Under the pieces are notes generated by a model, which saw only the letters and a program-made list of their open reading frames with translations, was not told the origin of the DNA and did no database searches. Shown piece after piece: positions 41,885 through 51,284 of a stretch of DNA of 64,000 nt. Where the stretch lies: the IMG/VR virus record IMGVR_UViG_3300045911_000602; one strand, given 5' to 3'. A program made the translations under genes and the position numbers. Position 1 is the stretch's first letter. Every line of letters starts with the position of its first letter. The stretch is from a virus.

Positions 41885-42493
41885 TTATTGTTCGACAACA
41901 ATTTTAATAACTTTACCGGCACCGATTTCTTCAAGTGCGTCAAACGCTTTTTCTTTTGTTTCGAAAATCATAGCATCGCGAGCTTTTGGATCTTCAAATT
42001 CTGTCCACTTTGTTGTGTAAGAGTCGAATTCGCAAAGAACGCGTAAATCGTGAGATGGGTGTGAAACAATATAGTATTCTGTTAGTTTTTTCTTTAATGA
42101 ATAAAACATTGTGTTTGCGTGTGGAACTGAGATCCCAAGTTCCATAACAGCAAAGGTAATAAAATCTTTTCTTTTGGCTTCAGGATTTGCTTTAATCCAT
42201 TCACGAATCTTAGTTGATATTTCGCCGCGTGGTCTTTTTGCCTTCTCAGTTGATTCTTCTTTCTTGACAGAAGAAGGTTTTGTATTTGGTGTTTGTTTTT
42301 TTGGTGCTTCGCTAGCTGGCGTTGTCTTTTTCTTTATTGGAAGTTCTTCATCGACATCAATCCCCTTTGCTTTTAATTCTTTTTCGGAACGCTTAATTAA
42401 CTCGCGCTCAGAAGGAGAAAGATCGTCTTCATCGTCAAAACCAAATTGTTTATTGAACCAATTTTCTTTAATCAGTTGCTTAAGAATGCTCAT
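41885..42493 (-). CDS. hypothetical protein (202 aa) with a K/E-rich linker and HTH-like motif ISVPHANTMFYSLKKKL
   Basis: ORF downstream, on the minus strand, of copy 2 of the 197-nt element. Confidence 0.7.
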   Translation of the reverse strand: MSILKQLIKENWFNKQFGFDDEDDLSPSERELIKRSEKELKAKGIDVDEELPIKKKTTPASEAPKKQTPNTKPSSVKKEESTEKAKRPRGEISTKIREWIKANPEAKRKDFITFAVMELGISVPHANTMFYSLKKKLTEYYIVSHPSHDLRVLCEFDSYTTKWTEFEDPKARDAMIFETKEKAFDALEEIGAGKVIKIVVEQ

Positions 42494-42539
42494 TTTTGTC
42501 TCCTGAATATATAAATGTATTTAACTATTTATAAATCGA

Positions 42540-42735
42540 GCTGAGAAAAACACATGATTTTTAGTCGCGTGGATGAAACAACACATTGGTATTTAACCGG
42601 TTTGTGATCATAAACAGTAATGTCTGGTTGTAGGACGCAGTCGAACGTTAAACAAAAACCGAAGGAGGCGTCGATGCGGTTAGGTTGAGTCGATGAGTTC
42701 GGAAACCACGAAGTCTTTAGCTACGCGGTAGTTTA
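42540..42735 (-). ncRNA. conserved noncoding element of about 197 nt, copy 2: a candidate structured RNA. Strand is tentative.
   Basis: See 38213-38409. It lies between the bS21 gene and 41885..42493. Confidence 0.45.
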
Positions 42736-42791
42736 TCTTAAAAGAGACAAAAAGAAGTGAAATGCTGCCGATTATTAGTTTTTTGCTGTTT

Positions 42792-43016
42792 TTAATACAT
42801 CTTTTCTGGGAGCTTTTGCTTTGCTAGATCACGTTTCCAACGCATGATAGCAGCAGCTTTCTTACGATTTTTTCTAATGCCGGGTCTTTCATAAAACGCT
42901 TTTTCTTGCAAGGTTTTAAGAATACCACAATCGTCAACTTTCTTTTTTAACTTACGTAGTGCAATTTCGATGTGCTTTATTTCTTGTTTTTCTGGGTCTA
43001 GGTATACTTTTGGCAT
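42792..43016 (-). CDS. rpsU: ribosomal protein bS21
   Basis: MPKV...IEIALRKLKKKVDDCGILKTLQEKAFYERPGIRKNRKKAAAIMRWKR aligns with recalled E. coli S21 ([41 protein letters not shown]). Confidence 0.85.
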   Translation of the reverse strand: MPKVYLDPEKQEIKHIEIALRKLKKKVDDCGILKTLQEKAFYERPGIRKNRKKAAAIMRWKRDLAKQKLPEKMY

Positions 43017-43090
43017 AAAATTTCCTTTTTGTCGTGTTATGAATTATTACAAAACCAAAAATTTCGATAAAGTTTCTGTCCTTATGGTTA

Positions 43091-43663
43091 TCAGTCGTGT
43101 GTGCAACTGTTACACCAGTCCACGCTTGTTATTAATTTTACAATTTTTTCTGCCGTTTTAAGCGGATCGTAAGATTCAAAAGAAAAATATTGTATGTAAT
43201 TTTTGTTTAGAAAATCAACAATATTTTTATCTATTTGCTTTGCTTGTTCTTCTGTTTCATTTCTTCCGAACTGCACATAATTATCAGGTCGTGATAACAA
43301 TATATTTATGTTTGTATATGTAGAATATACACTTCTTACAAAAGAATCAAACGAATCGTTTTCATAAAAATTTTGTGGTCTATAAAATAAACTTAATAAC
43401 AAAGAAGTGTCGGTGATTGCCCATTCCACTTTTGACTTTACTAAACGACGAAGACGTTTATTTTGTTGTGCAAAAATATAATCTTGTTCGGCGAACATGT
43501 CGGGACGATTTTCGTAAACAAGATCTTTTGGGTATTCATTTACGTATTCAACGTTTAGCTTATTTGCTTTCATTAAGCCAGCAACCAAGAGAGCAGTGGT
43601 CGATTTACGACATCCTGGCCCTCCCAGCATATTAACAACTTTCAAGTTTTTATTGTTTTTCAT
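43091..43663 (-). CDS. P-loop NTPase (kinase/ATPase-like)
   Basis: Walker A-like GGPGCRKST at the N-terminus. Size is 190 aa. Confidence 0.55.
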   Translation of the reverse strand: MKNNKNLKVVNMLGGPGCRKSTTALLVAGLMKANKLNVEYVNEYPKDLVYENRPDMFAEQDYIFAQQNKRLRRLVKSKVEWAITDTSLLLSLFYRPQNFYENDSFDSFVRSVYSTYTNINILLSRPDNYVQFGRNETEEQAKQIDKNIVDFLNKNYIQYFSFESYDPLKTAEKIVKLITSVDWCNSCTHD

Positions 43664-43871
43664 TTTGTTGACAAATGACTATAAAATCTTCGTTGTTTTC
43701 TATCTTCATTTGATAAATTTTGTTGCTTTGTTGTAAACACTGTTCATATGTTAAACCTGCAATTCGTTGACTAACATCGTATAGTTGTGTATTTTCTAAA
43801 GCAGCAATTTCTGACGCAGATGGGTTAGAAAGTGTTAAAACGATAAGGGTATAAAGAGTAATTTGTTCCAT
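43650..43871 (-). CDS. hypothetical protein (73 aa)
   Basis: ORF only. Confidence 0.55.
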   Translation of the reverse strand: MEQITLYTLIVLTLSNPSASEIAALENTQLYDVSQRIAGLTYEQCLQQSNKIYQMKIENNEDFIVICQQNEKQ

Positions 43872-44010
43872 TGTTTTATCCTCTGCATAAAATATTATAA
43901 TTTTATTATTGTATTATGTTTTATGATAAAAAACAACAAAAAATTAGTATGTTTAATCTTTTTTGTGCTTACAGCATAATTATGTATTATTAGAAGCAAA
44001 ACTGAAATTG

Positions 44011-45342
44011 TATAAATACATTATAACCAATATAAATTTCTAAGAATGATCACCTACAAACTTCCAATTCAGCTAACTGATGAAGAAAAGAAAATGGTCC
44101 TTGAATTCCAGAGGATCCAGTCTTCAATGATCCGTTCTGCATATAAGCAAGCCGAATTTGGTTGTACCGAAATTTCTATAAGACAGGAAATTCGAGATAG
44201 GTTCAAAAGTCAGCTTGATTCCTGGTTCCAGCAATCTGCTGTTAAATATGGAATAGGGATGTTCAAATCAGATCATGAAACTGGTCGATTGGGTCGGGTT
44301 TTTGGTGGCAAAGGCAATCTGATTAGACGTGCAAAGGGACTTATTTCAAAAGAAGAATGGAAACAAAAACGACTTCTTCCGTTGTATCTAATTGGTGAAG
44401 CACCAGCTAAGGGGAATCGCAAGTTTGAGTTCCGGGAAGACCATGTTGTCTTCAAGCCATATAACGGTTGTAAAATCAAAATCGATCTTCCTAACATAAG
44501 GAAGAACTGGTCGAGAATGTGGAACCAGCTCTTAGTTATGGCTTCTGAGAAGCAATTGCCGATCACTGTTTCTTTAACTATTGAATCCATCTCTTTTTCT
44601 TTTGATGACGTTAAGGTGAAACAAGAGATCAGAAAAATACCAAAACCAATCAAGAATAGATATGCAGGCATTGATCTGAACCCAAATTATATTGGCATTT
44701 CTGTTTTTGATGGAACAAAACTGATTGAAACCAGATTGTTTTCATTAAAGACATTAACTGGAAAGAATGCCAGTGCTTCAAAACTTGAACATGAAACAAG
44801 AGAAATTGGGCATGCAATAGGTAAGTGGCTTCAACATCTACGAGTTGATAAGTTATTTATTGAAAAGCTAGAATTTAAACAAGGCGATAAAGGCATTGGC
44901 AAAAACTTCAATCGCTTAACACAGAACCAATGGAAGAAAATAACTTTAAGGTCAATTCTAGCCAAATACTTCAAGCTATACGAAATCAATGCTGCCTATT
45001 CATCAACTATTGGCAACATCTTACATCCGGAATTACCAGACCCGGTAGCAGCTAGTACTGAGATTGCACAACGAGGCTACCGGCTTGTGATACTCAAGAA
45101 CAAACAGTTCTATCCAAAACTACCAGCAATAAAGTATCTAGAGGACCTATGGAAGGAAACCAAGATACCTTTGGTAGAGACTTGGAAAGAGCTACATTCT
45201 TGGGTCAAAAACTCGAAATTGAAATATCGGGTTCCGGTTCCAAATGAGTCGGTTTTTAGAATTTTCCAGTCACCAGCTAGTTTGGTTGGTGTTTTATAGA
45301 TTTGTATTGCTTATATGAATTTATATGGAAAATTTATTTTAT
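44011..45342 (+). mobile_element. tnpA-less copy of the IS607-type tnpB unit
   Basis: Homology with copy 1 starts at TATAAAT..ATTATAACCAATATA (about 25 nt of the tnpA 3' end is retained). It ends after ...AAAATTTATTTTAT at 45342, overlapping the stop codon of the ligase C-terminal gene. Confidence 0.6.
44046..45299 (+). CDS. tnpB: TnpB-like RuvC nuclease (IS607-associated type) with no zinc finger, copy 2
   Basis: About 90 percent amino-acid identity to 33963..35216. Both ORFs are intact, and most 5' differences are synonymous. Confidence 0.75.
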   Translation: MITYKLPIQLTDEEKKMVLEFQRIQSSMIRSAYKQAEFGCTEISIRQEIRDRFKSQLDSWFQQSAVKYGIGMFKSDHETGRLGRVFGGKGNLIRRAKGLISKEEWKQKRLLPLYLIGEAPAKGNRKFEFREDHVVFKPYNGCKIKIDLPNIRKNWSRMWNQLLVMASEKQLPITVSLTIESISFSFDDVKVKQEIRKIPKPIKNRYAGIDLNPNYIGISVFDGTKLIETRLFSLKTLTGKNASASKLEHETREIGHAIGKWLQHLRVDKLFIEKLEFKQGDKGIGKNFNRLTQNQWKKITLRSILAKYFKLYEINAAYSSTIGNILHPELPDPVAASTEIAQRGYRLVILKNKQFYPKLPAIKYLEDLWKETKIPLVETWKELHSWVKNSKLKYRVPVPNESVFRIFQSPASLVGVL

Positions 45343-46154
45343 GTGATCATACCCTTTAATTGTTCAACGTCAATAATTTTTACATTTAGTTGTTTTGCTT
45401 TATCAAGTTTTGTGGACGATCCATTAATATTTTCGGCAACAACAAAAGATGTTGTTTTTGAAACAGATCCAGACACCTTTCCGCCCAATAAAACAATCTG
45501 TTCTTCGAGTTCTTTGGAACGAAAGCCCGTAAAAACAAAAGTAAGATTGTTTAATTTACCTTGTGGTTTTGGTTGATATGGAGCCAATATAATATATTTG
45601 CTTACTTTACCAAAGAATTCAACAAATTTTGAATAACCATTAGCAATTTTTGTTGCTGTTTTATGATCAAACCCATCAACGAGTGTAATATCAAGAACCG
45701 ATTGACATTTGGTCATATCTCCTTCAAACGCTTCGTAAAGTTTTTTCATTTTACGAATACCAATCCCGCGACCGAACGCAGGATGTGCCCCCATTAAAAC
45801 ATATAAAGGAATGTTTGTCAGTTTGTCTCGGAGCCCCTTGTAGATCTTTTTTCCGTTTGCTTTTCCAATTACACCACAAACTTCACTTTCAGTAATTGAA
45901 ATAATATCTTCTGGTTTCGTAAAACCAACATTATATAAAGCACGAAGACTTCCTTCCTTAAGAGAAGGAATATCAAGCTCTGCAAAGAAATCAAGAAGTT
46001 GCTGGAACAGTACTTCTTCATGAGTATCTTTGTTCTTTAAAACAATATCTACGGCAGTATCATTCCAGCACCAGTTTCCAGCACCAACGAGTTGATCAAT
46101 TTGTTGATTAAACCACTTGAGGTATTTTTCGTTATATGAATTCATTATTTTCAT
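45339..46154 (-). CDS. ligA: NAD-dependent DNA ligase, C-terminal fragment (HhH plus BRCT domains)
   Basis: BRCT block LTFVFTGFRSKELEEQIVLLGGKVSGSVSKTTSFVVAEN, preceded by HhH-like GxG repeats. Confidence 0.7.
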   Translation of the reverse strand: MKIMNSYNEKYLKWFNQQIDQLVGAGNWCWNDTAVDIVLKNKDTHEEVLFQQLLDFFAELDIPSLKEGSLRALYNVGFTKPEDIISITESEVCGVIGKANGKKIYKGLRDKLTNIPLYVLMGAHPAFGRGIGIRKMKKLYEAFEGDMTKCQSVLDITLVDGFDHKTATKIANGYSKFVEFFGKVSKYIILAPYQPKPQGKLNNLTFVFTGFRSKELEEQIVLLGGKVSGSVSKTTSFVVAENINGSSTKLDKAKQLNVKIIDVEQLKGMIT

Positions 46155-46201
46155 GACACAAAAAGTTATTTAAAAAGAAGTTCAACACTCAACAAGTACA
46201 A

Positions 46202-47386
46202 TTATGAAATAGGCATAGATTTAATAACTTTGGTTATTAACGGAATAACATCTCCGCTACGGACTATACCAACGATAGCGCCAGGTCCAATATTATTTTC
46301 AACAATGAACTTTGCATTGAATGCTGTGCAATAATTAATTTCTACACCAAGAAGTTTAATTGGGTTTACTTTGAGGCGCGGTTTGAGATAACCATCTTTA
46401 CTTACAGACCACTGAACTTCAATCACTTCTGTTTCAGCGTAATTATTAGCATCAGCAATTTTAAATTTTCGTGCATACTCAGGATTTAATGTATCTTTGG
46501 TTGGTACAATTTTATTTCGTAAGTCGATGTCATTCACTTCAATCACAACACCATCAATTTCGTAAGAAGTTGGAGCGCGAAATTCGTTGAGAATCTCTGT
46601 AAGGGATCCGTCATTTACATCCCTTCCATAAATTAGTTTGTTTTGAGGAATTTTGAAATCGTTTTTTTCGTGTAAACTATAAAGAGTTTCGCGTTTGTTA
46701 AAATTATGACCGCCAACAACTACTTCATATGCAATAATGTCAATATATTGATAGACAATGTCTGGATTGGTTTCAGCATTCATTACACCAGCCATCATAT
46801 TACGAGGATTTTTGTATGGTTGTCCAGCGCGATTTTTTACTAGCGGTTGAATTTTAGCAAAATTTTCTTTACTGATAATAGCTTCTGCTCTAATAACCAT
46901 TGGTTCTTTTTCAACAACTCGCATGGGCACCTGTTTGATTTTCATTAAATGACGCGTAATATCAGCACCTTCAATTCCGTCGCCACGAGAATAAGCAATT
47001 TTGAATTGGCCACCTTCTCCATACACTAGAAGAACACTAACGCCATCAAGTTTTTCGGTGACAAATAAATTTTGACTATATAGATTATACTTTTTAATCC
47101 ATTTTTCAATGTCGCCCTCGTACGCTTGTGTAAGAGAACCCATAGAAAAAGGAAGTTTTACTTTACTGCCACGAACTTCACTTCCCACTTTTGCAAAATA
47201 AGGGTGCGAAGGCTGCAGCGTTTCTGCATACCTTTTTACAGAGTCGTACTGCTCATCGGACAAAAAGCTTTCTGCTTCATTAAAGTACATTTCGTCAGCA
47301 TTTTTGAGCATGTCTATGATCTCTTCAAAAGAAAGAGATTCAATGCCAAAAGCTTCAAAAGTATCAATAATTTTTCGGGAAAACAT
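46202..47386 (-). CDS. ligA: NAD-dependent DNA ligase, N-terminal fragment (domain Ia, adenylation, OB fold)
   Basis: Motif I EKLDGVSV (KxDG), an Ia-like FLSDEQYDSVKRY, and an OB-fold end VRSGDVIPLI. Start set to the ATG at 47386; the track start at 47449 is TTG. Confidence 0.8.
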   Translation of the reverse strand: MFSRKIIDTFEAFGIESLSFEEIIDMLKNADEMYFNEAESFLSDEQYDSVKRYAETLQPSHPYFAKVGSEVRGSKVKLPFSMGSLTQAYEGDIEKWIKKYNLYSQNLFVTEKLDGVSVLLVYGEGGQFKIAYSRGDGIEGADITRHLMKIKQVPMRVVEKEPMVIRAEAIISKENFAKIQPLVKNRAGQPYKNPRNMMAGVMNAETNPDIVYQYIDIIAYEVVVGGHNFNKRETLYSLHEKNDFKIPQNKLIYGRDVNDGSLTEILNEFRAPTSYEIDGVVIEVNDIDLRNKIVPTKDTLNPEYARKFKIADANNYAETEVIEVQWSVSKDGYLKPRLKVNPIKLLGVEINYCTAFNAKFIVENNIGPGAIVGIVRSGDVIPLITKVIKSMPIS

Positions 47387-47445
47387 AAAAGTATCTTTTT
47401 GCACGCAGGAGATAAAAGCTACTATAGATGTGTTATTAACAAGTG

Positions 47446-47697
47446 TCAACTGTTGATATATTTCTGGGTTGTAAGTTTAACGTGTTCGTGTAAACTTTGA
47501 TTGTCTTGTAAGTACGGAACCAAATAATATATAACCGGTTCATCGTGTGATGAATAACTTACATTAAAAATCCCAGGTATTTTGTTAATTAAATCAAACA
47601 ATTTAGTTTCAGAAACGTTGTCCTTTTCAATAATTTTGTTAAATTCATTTACAGAAAGAAGTAATTTGTAATGTGTTTTATCAATTTCAGTAATCAT
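47446..47697 (-). CDS. hypothetical protein (83 aa)
   Basis: ORF only. Confidence 0.6.
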   Translation of the reverse strand: MITEIDKTHYKLLLSVNEFNKIIEKDNVSETKLFDLINKIPGIFNVSYSSHDEPVIYYLVPYLQDNQSLHEHVKLTTQKYINS

Positions 47698-47699
47698 AG

Positions 47700-48566
47700 T
47701 TATACTGCCATTGGTGCTTTAATAGTTGAATGAGAAAAATATCCTTCGAGGTGAATGTCATTCATTGTAAAATCATCAATATCTTTAATATCAGGATTTA
47801 AAATAACTTTTGGAGACTGAAAAATCACATTTCTCGAAAGTTGTTCATGTATTTGTTCAATGTGATTTAAATAAATGTGTGCATCACCTGATACGTGTGT
47901 AAATGTTCCAGGTTGCAAGTCGCAACATTGTGCTATTAAGTGGGTAAATAAAGAATAACTTGCAATGTTGAACGGGCAACCAAGAAAAAAATCGTTTGAG
48001 CGTTGATACATTAAGCAATCAAGAAACTTGTCTTGACGGACATAAAATTGAGCAAAAGCATGACAGGGCGGTAAGGCCATTTCATCAAGTTCTCCGGGAT
48101 TCCAAGCCGTAATGATGTGTCTACGATCGTGTGGTTTTGTTTTGATATTTTCAATCAATTTTTTTAATTGATCAATTGTTTCTCCGTGACTATTTTGCCA
48201 TGACCGCCACTGCACCCCATAAATTCTTCCAAGATCACCTTCAAATCTTGCGCGCGGTTTCCAATAGTCTGCTTCAGTATTTAATGTCCAAATTGTTGTC
48301 TTTTCAGAATTTCTGTCGCCAAATAAAATTTCGCGCAATCTTTTTTCGTCATTAGAACCTTCAATGAACCAAAGAAGTTCGCTCACAATTGCCTTCCAGG
48401 CCATCTTTTTTGTTGTCAATAAAGGAAAACCTTTTGTTAAATTATACTTTTGTGTTATTCCAAATAATGACTTTGTTCCTACAGAAGTTCGGTCGTTGCG
48501 AACTTCACCGTGTTCGAGAATATTTTTTAATGCACTTAAGTAAGTGTAATCGTGATTAGTATTCAT
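47700..48566 (-). CDS. thyA: thymidylate synthase (ThyA type)
   Basis: RSNDFFLGCPFNIASYSLFTHLIA and ALPPCHAFAQFYV motifs. Trimmed to the MNTNHDY start. Confidence 0.9.
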   Translation of the reverse strand: MNTNHDYTYLSALKNILEHGEVRNDRTSVGTKSLFGITQKYNLTKGFPLLTTKKMAWKAIVSELLWFIEGSNDEKRLREILFGDRNSEKTTIWTLNTEADYWKPRARFEGDLGRIYGVQWRSWQNSHGETIDQLKKLIENIKTKPHDRRHIITAWNPGELDEMALPPCHAFAQFYVRQDKFLDCLMYQRSNDFFLGCPFNIASYSLFTHLIAQCCDLQPGTFTHVSGDAHIYLNHIEQIHEQLSRNVIFQSPKVILNPDIKDIDDFTMNDIHLEGYFSHSTIKAPMAV

Positions 48567-48580
48567 TTTATTATATGTTA

Positions 48581-48769
48581 TTATATGATTTTGTATAATT
48601 GATCTGTTCTTACCCACTTTTTCCAGGTACCATAAGACATATCGACAGGAGTAATTTCATATAAAATATCATCTTTACCGCTTGGTAGTTTTTTAATAGC
48701 AGTGCGTGATGTTAATTTTACTTCCGTGTTTTCAAAAACATATGTCTGCTGTAAATCGTACAGATCCAT
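48581..48769 (-). CDS. hypothetical protein (62 aa)
   Basis: ORF only. Confidence 0.55.
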   Translation of the reverse strand: MDLYDLQQTYVFENTEVKLTSRTAIKKLPSGKDDILYEITPVDMSYGTWKKWVRTDQLYKII

Positions 48770-48828
48770 GGTTTATAATCTCCTTCTACTATGAAGGATA
48801 CAACACTTTTACAAAGATGTCAATATTT

Positions 48829-49206
48829 TTATCTAAAACTTAAGAAATAATAATTTTTATGCGTTTCAACTACATGAGTGGGATCTACTTTAACCAAAGA
48901 CGTATAAATTTTTATTGTTGCAAAAAACAAATATACTGTATACCAAAAAGCAATACTGAAGAAAATATCAATCAATAATGATGATACAAATATTGAAAAT
49001 AACACACCCATTGTTGTCGTAAACATTCCCGTTCCAAGTATGAAAAGTAAGTGTTTATCAGATTTTCGTATGTCACTATGAAATTTATGTATTAAATTAA
49101 ACAATCGATTAAGATCAACTAATAAAATTAATGACCACGAAATACAAAAACCCATCCAGTAAGCATATATTGTTGGTATATGTTCTATTAAAGTAAAAGG
49201 CATCAT
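48829..49206 (-). CDS. multi-pass membrane protein (125 aa)
   Basis: Three or four hydrophobic helices. Confidence 0.65.
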   Translation of the reverse strand: MMPFTLIEHIPTIYAYWMGFCISWSLILLVDLNRLFNLIHKFHSDIRKSDKHLLFILGTGMFTTTMGVLFSIFVSSLLIDIFFSIAFWYTVYLFFATIKIYTSLVKVDPTHVVETHKNYYFLSFR

Positions 49207-49217
49207 TTTTTATCTCT

Positions 49218-49511
49218 TTATTCTGATTCGAGTTTTTCTAACCTCTTTTGATGATATTTCAAGAGTTGATTTTGGTCATCAATTTTGCCGTCTAGGTTAT
49301 CTAATCTAAAATCTTGCTCTTCGTTTTTTAAATTTATATCGTTTAAACTTTTTGCTATCATTGCTGATGGTGGTATTTTAATATTTTTGTTGATGACAAA
49401 ACCAACAGCAATCCCAAGAATAATAATCAACATTATTCTTACAGACCAATATTTGAGGCAAGCATGAAATCCTTTTTTGTCTCGTGATAAAAGAAACCAA
49501 GTTTTTTTCAT
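49218..49511 (-). CDS. single-pass membrane protein with a coiled-coil tail (97 aa)
   Basis: Trimmed to MKKTWFLL (AAGGA RBS). Confidence 0.6.
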   Translation of the reverse strand: MKKTWFLLSRDKKGFHACLKYWSVRIMLIIILGIAVGFVINKNIKIPPSAMIAKSLNDINLKNEEQDFRLDNLDGKIDDQNQLLKYHQKRLEKLESE

Positions 49512-49618
49512 TTTTGCGTCCTTATTTTTTGATCTTGACATTATATATTTATTTATGTGAACTATATTAATCATCATATCTTAATTTTTGAAGTGTTTTG
49601 TATAAATACATATAAGTT

Positions 49619-50020
49619 ATGAAAACAGAGACATCAAAGATGACAGAACGAAGAATAATGAACGAAGACGCAAACTCAAATTCATTGTTGGTATCTCAAA
49701 AAGCGTCTGTTGTCTTGGATATAAAAGATATAATTGTTGTTGTTAGTACCGCTATATCAATCACGCTTTCGTGGGCAACGATGAGTTCAAGAATTACTCT
49801 CTTAGAACAAAGAATTCAGCAGTACGAAAAACAATTCGAAAAACTTGAAAATAAATATGAATCTTTGGGAAATAAAGTCGATGGTGGTGTCAAATATTTA
49901 ACACCACCAAATAATCAATACGAAAAACAAATCGAAAAGCTTGAAAATAAATATGAATCCTTGGAAAATAAAGTCAATAGTGGCGTCAAATATTTGACGC
50001 CACCAAACAATCAACACTAA
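49619..50020 (+). CDS. membrane-anchored coiled-coil protein (133 aa) with an internal 32-aa tandem duplication
   Basis: One TM segment. QYEKQ[FI]EKLENKYESL.NKV..GVKYLTPPNN occurs twice. Confidence 0.65.
   Translation: MKTETSKMTERRIMNEDANSNSLLVSQKASVVLDIKDIIVVVSTAISITLSWATMSSRITLLEQRIQQYEKQFEKLENKYESLGNKVDGGVKYLTPPNNQYEKQIEKLENKYESLENKVNSGVKYLTPPNNQH
49820..50011 (+). repeat. in-frame 96-bp tandem duplication (2 units)
   Basis: Read directly. Unit 2 contains the perfect 20-bp palindrome GGCGTCAAATATTTGACGCC (49981-50000). Confidence 0.85.
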
Positions 50021-50775
50021 ACCGAAATTCCTAAATCTTCACAGGCAACAATCCAGTTTTTGACTTTTTCGCTTCTAACAATATCGTTAGATGTAAATTT
50101 AATAACACTAAATGAAGAAATTCGGTTTGCAACTTGAATAAATTTGTCAAATCCTGTTTCTTCGTGGCGGCTTCTTAGATCAGTTTGTGGTAGATCGCCA
50201 ACGATAATAATACGTGAATATTCGCCGAGTCTTGTCATAATTGAATTTAACTCATGGAAGTTCATGTTTTGAGCCTCATCAACAATAACAATTGTTCTGT
50301 CCCATGTTAAGCCACGAATGAATGATGTTACTGAAAAATGAACTTTCCCAGCATCTTTCATATCTCTATATGTGCTAAGTCTACCAATCAGTTCATAAAA
50401 CATGTTTTCGTATGGTAATTCATAATGCATAATTTTTTCGTCAAGCGTTCCGGGCATGTGTCCAATATTTCTTGTTGCAACAGCAGAACGAATAATAATA
50501 ATTTTATCTATCGCACTATCTTTTCTTAAGAGTTCATTTAAAGCAAGATACACAGCAAGAAATGTTTTCCCCGTTCCTGCTGAACCATGGCCACATATAT
50601 CTTTTCCAGATATAAAGTCATGCATCATTTCACGTTGCGTATCCGTAAGAGGTTGCACGTGCTGTAAATCGTGATAAGACCATACTTTTCTTGCAGGACC
50701 TTCTCTCATTGCTTGTTCATTAAGGACAAGCGCTTGCGTAAGCTCAATAACATTGCTTCTGCGTTTTTTAGACAT
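50017..50775 (-). CDS. phoH: PhoH-like ATPase
   Basis: Walker A GSAGTGKT and Walker B IVIVDEAQN, with PhoH-like flanks. Confidence 0.9.
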   Translation of the reverse strand: MSKKRRSNVIELTQALVLNEQAMREGPARKVWSYHDLQHVQPLTDTQREMMHDFISGKDICGHGSAGTGKTFLAVYLALNELLRKDSAIDKIIIIRSAVATRNIGHMPGTLDEKIMHYELPYENMFYELIGRLSTYRDMKDAGKVHFSVTSFIRGLTWDRTIVIVDEAQNMNFHELNSIMTRLGEYSRIIIVGDLPQTDLRSRHEETGFDKFIQVANRISSFSVIKFTSNDIVRSEKVKNWIVACEDLGISV

Positions 50776-50937
50776 TGTTTTCCTCCTAAAAGTAAAAGAA
50801 TAAGTGTACTACCAGGAATCAAGATAAAGAAAAGAAAAAGCAGAGTGGTGTGGAAAAGAGAAAATTTAAAAAACAATTTTTTTATTCTCTGTGGTTGAGG
50901 TACACTTTTATTTATTTTTGTGGGGCATAAAAATAAA

Positions 50938-50971
50938 AAAGGCTGATCAATCAATATGTTGATCAGCCTTT
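50938..50971. terminator. Rho-independent terminator: 13-bp stem AAAGGCTGATCAA/TTGATCAGCCTTT
   Basis: On the minus strand the stem is followed by TTTTTTATTTTT. It lies just after the rhodanese gene stop. Confidence 0.75.
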
Positions 50972-50990
50972 TAGGAGGAAAAATAATTAA

Positions 50991-51284
50991 TTATGACCAG
51001 TTATCTTTTGATCCTAAATTATAAACGTTACTATAACCAAATTGGATTAAATAATTGCCGGCTGCTTTAACGTTTTCGTCATCATCACTTTCTCCAAACA
51101 GAATAAAGTTAGTAGTCTTTGGATGTTTAAATAAAGATGAAACATTTCTCAAAGAGACGTTAATTGCATTTGGTAAAGATCCGTCTCTAAATTGAACAGG
51201 ACTTCTCACATCAATTAACAACCCGCCCTTATCAATTAATTTCTTTGCTTTCTGTGGTGTAATTCTTTGTACATTAAACATCAT
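50991..51284 (-). CDS. rhodanese-like domain protein (no obvious active-site Cys)
   Basis: LLIDVRSPVQFRDGSLPNAINV pattern. Confidence 0.6.
   Translation of the reverse strand: MMFNVQRITPQKAKKLIDKGGLLIDVRSPVQFRDGSLPNAINVSLRNVSSLFKHPKTTNFILFGESDDDENVKAAGNYLIQFGYSNVYNLGSKDNWS

Noticed and set aside
50706-50954. An 82-aa minus-strand ORF upstream of, and overlapping, the phoH start.
   Set aside because: It overlaps phoH out of frame, runs into the strong terminator hairpin at 50938-50971, and has low-complexity hydrophobic composition.
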